NCBI GenBank assembly: GCA_965237905.1
Contig: OZ250172.1
Span: 1,728,001-1,792,000, forward strand
Reading direction: 5' to 3'
DNA length: 64,000 nucleotides
Source: Nitrospinaceae bacterium
GTDB lineage: Bacteria; Nitrospinota; Nitrospinia; Nitrospinales; Nitrospinaceae
This document shows positions 57,291-64,000 of the stretch, in pieces (the stretch's first letter is position 1; every line of letters starts with the position of its first letter). The position numbers and the translations under genes were made by a program. The notes below the pieces were generated by a model that made no database searches, was not told where the DNA came from, and saw nothing but the letters and a program-made list of their open reading frames with translations.

Positions 57291-58814
57291 ATGGTTATGG
57301 TAATGCGAATCACCAATCAGATTCAACAGAGCAACTCGCTCCAGAATATATTCCGGATTACAGAGGATTTATTTGCGGCCAACCAGCGTATAGCTACGGG
57401 AAAAAGAATCAACAAACCCTCCGATGATCCTTTAGGAATACAGGACACGCTGACACTCCGTAGTTCGATCGCGCAGATTCAGCAATTCAGCAGGAACATA
57501 GACAATAACCGACTGTTCCTGAATACCGCCGATACGGCGCTGGATTCGGTAGGTCTGGGGATTACCCGCGCCCTCGAGTTGGCTCAGGGAAGCCTGGGGG
57601 CCACCAGCGATGCGCAAACGCGCTCCCTGGTTGCATTGGAAATACAATCCATCCTCGACCAAGCGATCCAGGAGGCGAACACGCAGGTGAAAGGGCATTT
57701 TATTTTTGGCGGAACGGATTTGTTGAATGCCCCCTACCAAGCCAACGGAATTGGGCTGGGAGCTACTTATTCTGGAAACTCCGATACTCTGGAAGTAGAG
57801 GTTGGGTCAACCCTGACCATCCCAATTACCCGCCCAGGTTCTGAAGTCTTCGGGACCGATATGAATCCGGCGGTAAACGGCAACACTCTGCTATCGGATT
57901 TGAATGGCGGTGCCGGGGTGGCTCTGGGAAGCTTCGATGTTACTAATCGCGGTGGTATTACTACGCCTATCACTGTGGTTGCGGGAATGACGGTCAACGC
58001 TCTCATTGCGGCCATCAATGTTGCGCCTAATGTCACGGCATCCTTGAATGCGAGTCAAACGGGTCTACAGCTCACAGATAGCAGTGGAACCATTTTGCAA
58101 TCTCTCACCGTTACCGAAGCCGGCAGTACCACGGCGGCAGATCTGGGTATTCTGAAGGTCAACGATGGAGATATCGTCGGTTCGGATTTGAATCCCATTC
58201 TAACGACCGCTACTTTAATTACCGATTTAAACGGGGGTAGTGGATTGACGCTGGGGCAAATTGATATTGTCAACGGTGCACTTTCAGACACGGTTGATTT
58301 GAGCGGCGCGACAACTGTAGGCGATGTTTTGGCGGCGATCACTGGTTCCCTCGCGAATGTCACAGCCAATATCAATAGTCAGGGCAATGCCCTGCAAGTC
58401 GTTTCCAATGATCTGACGACCACCGCCGTCATTAACGAAGTAGCGGGAGGCGATACAGCTTTCCTCCTGGGAATAGGCGGCGGCAATGTATTTACCGCTC
58501 TGGATGCATTGAGGGAGGCTTTAGAGAGGAATGATACCAACGGGATTTCGGCTTCCTTCGCAAACCTGAACGAGGCGCTGGACACGGTATTGCAAGCTCG
58601 GGCGGAATATGGCGCCCTGGTCCGGACCATGGACACTCTGGAAATCGGACACAGTGCGGATGAAGTGAGCGAAACCGCCCAATTATCAGAAGTGGAGGAC
58701 TCGGATTTTGTCAAGGACGCGTCCGATGTTGCGGCCTTGCAGTTGGCTCTGGAGGCTACCCTGAACACCACCGCGCGGGTTCTTCAGCCAAGCTTATTGG
58801 ATTTCCTGCGATAA
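57291..58814 (+). CDS. flgL: Hook-associated protein FlgL
   Basis: MRIT, TGKRINKPSDDP, FIFGG, QPSLLDFLR. Confidence 0.93.
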   Translation: MVMVMRITNQIQQSNSLQNIFRITEDLFAANQRIATGKRINKPSDDPLGIQDTLTLRSSIAQIQQFSRNIDNNRLFLNTADTALDSVGLGITRALELAQGSLGATSDAQTRSLVALEIQSILDQAIQEANTQVKGHFIFGGTDLLNAPYQANGIGLGATYSGNSDTLEVEVGSTLTIPITRPGSEVFGTDMNPAVNGNTLLSDLNGGAGVALGSFDVTNRGGITTPITVVAGMTVNALIAAINVAPNVTASLNASQTGLQLTDSSGTILQSLTVTEAGSTTAADLGILKVNDGDIVGSDLNPILTTATLITDLNGGSGLTLGQIDIVNGALSDTVDLSGATTVGDVLAAITGSLANVTANINSQGNALQVVSNDLTTTAVINEVAGGDTAFLLGIGGGNVFTALDALREALERNDTNGISASFANLNEALDTVLQARAEYGALVRTMDTLEIGHSADEVSETAQLSEVEDSDFVKDASDVAALQLALEATLNTTARVLQPSLLDFLR

Positions 58815-58821
58815 CTTGTGC

Positions 58822-60132
58822 TTATCCAGAACTGTGTTGAGCTCTATTCATCATGGATTTTTGATCGCCTTCGCGCCGGGTGGCACAGGGAAGATCAATG
58901 ATGAAAGCAGCTCCTTCTCCATGTTTGCTTTCCACTTCAATGGTACCGGAATGTTTTTCAACGATGGTGTAGCACACGGAAAGCCCCAATCCCGTTCCCT
59001 GATCCTCCGGCTTGGTGGTAAAAAAGGGATCGAATAGTTTTACCATATCCTCTTCCTTGATACCGGTTCCGGTATCGGCGAATTTAATTCGAATAAAATT
59101 TTCCTGAATAACAGGTATCGCATCCGGGGGCGTATTGAGGTCCGTTTTCCGCCGATTTTGCTTTTGTTTCTTGACATAGGTTTCTGTGGTCACTGTCAAG
59201 TTGCCGCCTCTTTCCATCGCGTGGCGTGCATTGTTCGTGAGGTTCAAAAATACTTGACGCATGCGGTTGGCATCAATTTTGATCGTCGGCAGATTGGAAC
59301 TGAAATTACGCACCACTCGAACATTGTCGATCTCCATATTCTTTTCCATAATAGAAAGAACAGACTCCAACTCTTCATTGATGTCAACATAAGTCAACTC
59401 CATATCCTCTTTCCGGGAGAACTTCAGAAGGCCGCCGACAATTTTTTCGATTCTTCCGATTTCCTCCATGATCGATTCCAAATCACTGTTCAGGCCTTCA
59501 TCTTGTTCTCGCTCCAACAGCAAAGCCTGAACATGGCCTGAAATGATATTTAGAGGGTTGAGAAGCTCATGGCACACCCCTGCCGCCAAACGGCCAATAC
59601 TGGCCAGCTTTTCAGATCTCAAAATCTGGTCCTGAGCGGTTTGAAGTTTCTTCATAGAAACTTGCAAGTCACTATTGGCCCGGGTCAATTCCTCGTTGTA
59701 TTTTTTCAGTTGTTCTTCCGCCTGTTGGCGGCGCTCTTCTTCTTTTCTCAGCTGAATAGCGAATCGAATGGATTGGAAGAGGGATTCGGATGTCAGGCTT
59801 CCTTTGGTGCGGTAGTCTGTAGCGCCGCTTTTCATGGCTTCCACGGCAATTTCCTGATCTCCCTGACTGGTCAGGAAAATAATAGGAGTCGTGATATCTT
59901 TTTGACGGACCATTCGAAGCAGGTCGATACCATCCATTTCGCCTAAACGGAAGTCAAAAAGGCAAACATCAAAATAAGTGTGATTAAGAAAATCCAGAGC
60001 GGATTGGGGATTAAGCGCGTGCTTAATGATCGGACGGGGATCGAGCTCTCTTTCGGAAATCAAATCTTTGATAAAGAAAGCATCATCCTCATCATCTTCA
60101 ACTAGAAGAATTTTAATGCCCTCTTTATTCAT
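58822..60132 (-). CDS. Receiver-histidine kinase hybrid
   Basis: ILLVEDD...LFDFRL; LAAGVCHELLNPL; DPFFTTK; GTGLGL. Confidence 0.92.
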   Translation of the reverse strand: MNKEGIKILLVEDDEDDAFFIKDLISERELDPRPIIKHALNPQSALDFLNHTYFDVCLFDFRLGEMDGIDLLRMVRQKDITTPIIFLTSQGDQEIAVEAMKSGATDYRTKGSLTSESLFQSIRFAIQLRKEEERRQQAEEQLKKYNEELTRANSDLQVSMKKLQTAQDQILRSEKLASIGRLAAGVCHELLNPLNIISGHVQALLLEREQDEGLNSDLESIMEEIGRIEKIVGGLLKFSRKEDMELTYVDINEELESVLSIMEKNMEIDNVRVVRNFSSNLPTIKIDANRMRQVFLNLTNNARHAMERGGNLTVTTETYVKKQKQNRRKTDLNTPPDAIPVIQENFIRIKFADTGTGIKEEDMVKLFDPFFTTKPEDQGTGLGLSVCYTIVEKHSGTIEVESKHGEGAAFIIDLPCATRREGDQKSMMNRAQHSSG

Positions 60133-60149
60133 AGACGTGGGACAAAAAT

Positions 60150-60611
60150 TTAATCTGGCAGTTTAACGATTTGGAACCAATAGTGAGATAATACTTTTAT
60201 GACTTCTACAAACTCATTAAACCGAACCGGCTTTTGAATAGAGGAATTAACTCCCAGATCATAAGCATGGTTGATGTCCGTTTCTGCCTTGGATGTGGTC
60301 AGAACAACAACGGGTATTTTGCGAAGCGTAATATTTTTTTTGATTTCATCCAACACTTCGCGCCCATCTTTCCGGGGCATATTCAAGTCCAGTAGAATCA
60401 AACTGGGAAAATCGGGAGAGGAGTTCTTTATCGTGGTTCCGACGGGCTCAAGATAATTCATGAGCTCTTCACCATCCTTCACCCACTTGATTTGCGTGTC
60501 GACTCCGGCTTCTTTTAACGCCTCCATAGTCAACAGATAATCGTCCTCGTCATCCTCAGCAATCAAAATAGGGTGCAATCCATTTAGTGTAGTCGTCATA
60601 CGCGCATCCAA
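60150..60611 (-). CDS. Single-domain response regulator (Rcp1-like)
   Basis: ILIAEDDEDD, LLDLNMPRKDGREVL, VVLTTS, QKP. Confidence 0.92.
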   Translation of the reverse strand: MDARMTTTLNGLHPILIAEDDEDDYLLTMEALKEAGVDTQIKWVKDGEELMNYLEPVGTTIKNSSPDFPSLILLDLNMPRKDGREVLDEIKKNITLRKIPVVVLTTSKAETDINHAYDLGVNSSIQKPVRFNEFVEVIKVLSHYWFQIVKLPD

Positions 60612-61002
60612 AAAAAAAGAAGTCTTGGAACAACTGGATCTATTAAAGGGGTGTCTATTACATTCTAATGCTCATTTTTAAAATGAAAACCCTTATTTTC
60701 CAAAAATTTACGTTTATACCGGAGGCGTAGTCACTCTCAAACGGGGTGTTAGACAGATTTTAGGACAACTCAATATTTTGCTTCAAAAGAATTGAATTAG
60801 CGCCATTTACAGAGGATAAAAATGAGAGGCTACTCATTACCTAAAACAAGGGTAAAGCACTTAAAAAATAGTGATTTAAAGATAGTTTAGGGCCTTATCG
60901 ACGAGTGAATACGATGAATTCCTTCGAAACGATGTCTCAGGCTGCCCCAGAGAACCCCTGCAGTCCATATTATCCTTTTAAATCGATAGTTTAAGTTTCC
61001 TG

Positions 61003-61452
61003 CTAATCAACGGAACGGACCTTTTTCTTGAGAACTTTGTCCCTGGCAAAATCAACCGAGCAGACATGGCGGGAATAGCCGAATTCTTGAATCATGGCAT
61101 TGAACTGGCCGTAATCCCAGGTTTTAGGGTCCTTCAATTTTTTCAACTTTTCAGTTTTCTTTTCAAGGTCACGGGGTCGGATGATGCCGATGATCTCACC
61201 CTTGGGAGGTGCGTTGTTCAATTTTTCCAACCAGTACTTGTCGAAATCCACCTTCCCTGCGCGGGCGACAACCTTCATAATCGATTCCCCAACTTTAACC
61301 TGGGCGCAGAATTTTTTGACTTGAAGCTCTGCATCGGAATTCCCACAGGAAGAGATCAATGATGCGCACAATACAACTATACTAATTGTTAGGGTTTTTC
61401 TTATGTTGAATTGAAAACGGCTGAGCGATTTGAAAATAGTGTTTGGATTCAT
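61003..61452 (-). CDS. Hypothetical lipoprotein
   Basis: Hydrophobic stretch ending LISS-C; start codon uncertain. Confidence 0.55.
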   Translation of the reverse strand: MNPNTIFKSLSRFQFNIRKTLTISIVVLCASLISSCGNSDAELQVKKFCAQVKVGESIMKVVARAGKVDFDKYWLEKLNNAPPKGEIIGIIRPRDLEKKTEKLKKLKDPKTWDYGQFNAMIQEFGYSRHVCSVDFARDKVLKKKVRSVD

Positions 61453-61597
61453 GGGTTTGCGTATTTGTAAAAACGGGCCGCGAAGCGGGCGGGTGATTGA
61501 TAACCCTAGTAAGGGCAAAATTTTCAGCACTATAATACAACAAGAGAAACCCGGTTGTGAAGAGGTAGAGTTAAAAAATTTACTATGGGCAGATGAC

Positions 61598-62161
61598 CTA
61601 TTTTATTGTGTATCGGAAACAATCGACTGTGTGATCGTTCACCATTCCCGTGGCCTGCATGAAGGCGTAGCAGATAGTACTGCCGACGAATTTGAATCCC
61701 CGTTTTTTCATGTCCTTGCTCATGGCGTCGCTTTCGGGCGTGTTGGCGGGGATCTCAGAAAGTTTTTTCCATTTATTCCGAATGGTCTTACCGCCGACAA
61801 AGGACCAACAATATTTACTGAAGGTGCCGAACTCTTTGCAGACTTTCAGGTAAGCGCGGGAGTTAATCCGGACGGAATAGACCTTGAGCCGGTTGCGGAT
61901 AATTCCCGGATCTTTCAAAATCTTTTCCAGTTGCTTATCGGTCAGGCGGGACAGTTTCTCAGGATCGAACTGCTTAAATATTTTGCGGTAGTTTTCGCGG
62001 CGGTTGAGGATGGTTTCCCACGAGAGTCCCGCCTGCGCTCCTTCGAGGATAAGGAATTCGAACAATTTGCGGTCTTTTTTTACGGGCTTGCCCCACTCCT
62101 TGTCGTGATAAGCAACCATCAAGGGATTTTTAGAGCCGACCCATTCGCATCGTTTTTTCAT
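61598..62161 (-). CDS. tag: DNA-3-methyladenine glycosylase I
   Basis: RCEW, YHDKEWG, LEGAQAGLSW, IIRNRLK, GMVNDHTVDC. Confidence 0.96.
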   Translation of the reverse strand: MKKRCEWVGSKNPLMVAYHDKEWGKPVKKDRKLFEFLILEGAQAGLSWETILNRRENYRKIFKQFDPEKLSRLTDKQLEKILKDPGIIRNRLKVYSVRINSRAYLKVCKEFGTFSKYCWSFVGGKTIRNKWKKLSEIPANTPESDAMSKDMKKRGFKFVGSTICYAFMQATGMVNDHTVDCFRYTIK

Positions 62162-62238
62162 AATCCGTTGCTCTGTATAATGAGAAGCCATATTTTATAC
62201 AGAAATCAGATAAATGTCACGATGGGTTTTCCTGTAAG

Positions 62239-62679
62239 ATGAATGCAGTACTGGAGACCAAACAACCGGAATATGAAACAGGGAGTTCTATGAAATCTTT
62301 CATTGAGTTTAATAAAAAGATTTTGGGGATGAAATTCCCCTGGAACCTGTGGTTAGGGTTGCTGGGTCTGGTTAACGTCGGGGGTGGCCTGTTTTACATC
62401 CGCACGATGGAAGGCCAGTTGGCTTTGGTCTGCATGATGGCGGCCTTTTTGATTATGTGGGGTATTTATGTCAAAAAGGGATTCGTCCGCTTGTTAGGGC
62501 TGGGGCATCTGATTGCCTGGATGCCGCAGGTCGTCTGGTACGTCCAGGTGGTCGGAGACACGGCGGGGTGGTTCCAATACTGGCTGATCTCTGTCCTGGC
62601 CGTTAATGGGTTGTCCCTGGTGATCGACTTTGTGGACGTGGTCCGTTATTCCCTCGGCAATAAGCAACCGATCGGCTAA
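62239..62679 (+). CDS. Membrane protein, hypothetical
   Basis: About 4 TM segments; GFVRLLGLGH. Confidence 0.65.
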   Translation: MNAVLETKQPEYETGSSMKSFIEFNKKILGMKFPWNLWLGLLGLVNVGGGLFYIRTMEGQLALVCMMAAFLIMWGIYVKKGFVRLLGLGHLIAWMPQVVWYVQVVGDTAGWFQYWLISVLAVNGLSLVIDFVDVVRYSLGNKQPIG

Positions 62680-62682
62680 CGA

Positions 62683-63042
62683 TTACTCCGCGTCGCGGTT
62701 GACCGTATCCGGTGTGAACGCGGGAAGGCATACCGCGATGTATTCCGCTCCGCCCGGTGTGCTGTAGCGCACCCATTCCCCTTTATGCACGGTGATCGCC
62801 TGCCCCGCATTAACTTCAAAAACTTTTGCCTGCGTTTCCACGAATAGAGTTCCCTTGAGCACTACCGTGTATTCATCAAACTCCGGCGTTTGCCCCGGCT
62901 CCTTCCAACCCGCCGGACTCTCCATCTTGGCAATGCTGATCCCTTTCGTACCGCTGTTCACGCAGCCGATGAACTCCTTGATGATTTTCGGTATATTCCC
63001 CGGCGCTTCAATAATTTTAGGCGAATCAATAAATTCGGGCAT
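62683..63042 (-). CDS. Cupin domain protein
   Basis: EPGQTPEFDEYTVVLKG, GEWVRYSTP, YIAVCLPAF. Confidence 0.85.
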   Translation of the reverse strand: MPEFIDSPKIIEAPGNIPKIIKEFIGCVNSGTKGISIAKMESPAGWKEPGQTPEFDEYTVVLKGTLFVETQAKVFEVNAGQAITVHKGEWVRYSTPGGAEYIAVCLPAFTPDTVNRDAE

Positions 63043-63191
63043 AGCGTTTCCTTGAATAATTGTAAGGATCATTAGGGTTTGACTTGAAATCTACGCAATT
63101 ATTGGGATTATAGTACCAGACTTGAATGAGGCGGGGAATCAGTAATTGTCCAACTTATGCCGGGTTGGCTGGAGAGTTGAATGGAAATTAT

Positions 63192-63392
63192 CTATCGCAT
63201 TTTGAAAAGTTTGAAAAATCCAAAGGCCGCGCACAGGCCGCCGAGGACCAGCATCACCATGGCTTTATCGGGCGGGGCGCCGTTCAGCGCCTGATTGAGT
63301 TTGGAGGAAACCGATTGGGTAATATTGTAGCCCCAGAACAGCAGAACCCCTCCTGCCGCCAGCATGACGATTCCCTGTACTTTATTTTTCAT
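63192..63392 (-). CDS. Small membrane protein, DUF3185-like
   Basis: Two TM helices around S.SS......G.PPDKA. Confidence 0.65.
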   Translation of the reverse strand: MKNKVQGIVMLAAGGVLLFWGYNITQSVSSKLNQALNGAPPDKAMVMLVLGGLCAAFGFFKLFKMR

Positions 63393-63516
63393 GCTCTCTC
63401 CTTTTCAAATATTGACAAATCAATACTCCATCAGGTTAAAGGATTTAGTGGAAAAATAACACAAATTTTGAAGCCAGAATCCGGAAAGATGGCGGGAGTA
63501 AGGGTATAATCATTTT

Positions 63517-63948
63517 ATGTCCAGCCATTTCTTCCAGAAAGACGATACGACCTCTCCTCCGGTGATGTTGTTTGATGGGGTGTGCAAACTCTGCAACGGG
63601 AGTATGAATTTCATTTTACGAGTCGATCGGAAAGGGCAGCTGAAATTGGCGTCCTTGCAGTCGGATTATGGCCGCCAGGTTTTAGCATCGCATGAAATAA
63701 AATCCGATCCGATGGATTCCATGATTTTGCTGGAGGGCACGCGGTTGACCACGAAATCCACCGCCATGATCCGGATTTCCAAATATCTGGGTGGGGCGTG
63801 GCCACTGTGCATGATCGCGCTCGTCGTCCCCCGCTTTATTCGCGATTTCATTTATGATATTGTCGCCAAAAACCGCTACCGCTGGTTTGGAAAATACGAC
63901 ACTTGCCGCTTGCCCGATCCTGAATTTGAGGATCGGTTTTACACGTAA
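63517..63948 (+). CDS. DCC-family thiol-disulfide oxidoreductase
   Basis: FDGVCKLC, ASLQS, RDFIYDIVAKNRYRWFG. Confidence 0.9.
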   Translation: MSSHFFQKDDTTSPPVMLFDGVCKLCNGSMNFILRVDRKGQLKLASLQSDYGRQVLASHEIKSDPMDSMILLEGTRLTTKSTAMIRISKYLGGAWPLCMIALVVPRFIRDFIYDIVAKNRYRWFGKYDTCRLPDPEFEDRFYT

Positions 63949-64000
63949 AATTAATGATGGGGACCGCTTAAAAGATTTCTCTGGAGAATGTCTGGCAGGG

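Noticed and set aside
61430..62242. 270-aa plus-strand ORF
   Set aside because: Antisense shadow of the well-supported tag gene

Overview
Origin-proximal chromosomal window from a nitrite-oxidising bacterium, most likely Nitrospinota. The basis is a Tat-exported, periplasmic-type nxrABC operon plus rsmG-parS-parA-parB. Left to right: (1) a compact HK97-fold, GTA-like structural cluster (1961-12607) with portal, prohead protease, capsid, adaptor, tail-tip and fibre genes, but no terminase, tail tube, tape measure, integrase, replication or lysis genes in the window; (2) a lambda-like switch next to it, with a double-HTH/S24 repressor divergent from two putative activators and two palindromic operators over a TTGACA-17-CATACT promoter; (3) housekeeping genes including a split etfB/etfA pair; (4) a ParA/MinD-like ATPase, a bactofilin and a membrane-anchored L,D-transpeptidase, the last two sharing a 67-aa N-terminal domain I do not recognise; (5) argH, a DnaD-like/DnaC-like pair, a phased iteron-like array, lnt, aspC and coaD; (6) nxrABC; (7) sigma54-driven flgFGAHI and flgJNKL; (8) two-component and small accessory genes. 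A modular hairpin repeat family (about 60-100 bp) is scattered between 1.8 and 37.8 kb and supplies the C-termini of three proteins. All calls come from motif recognition by eye; no database searches were run.
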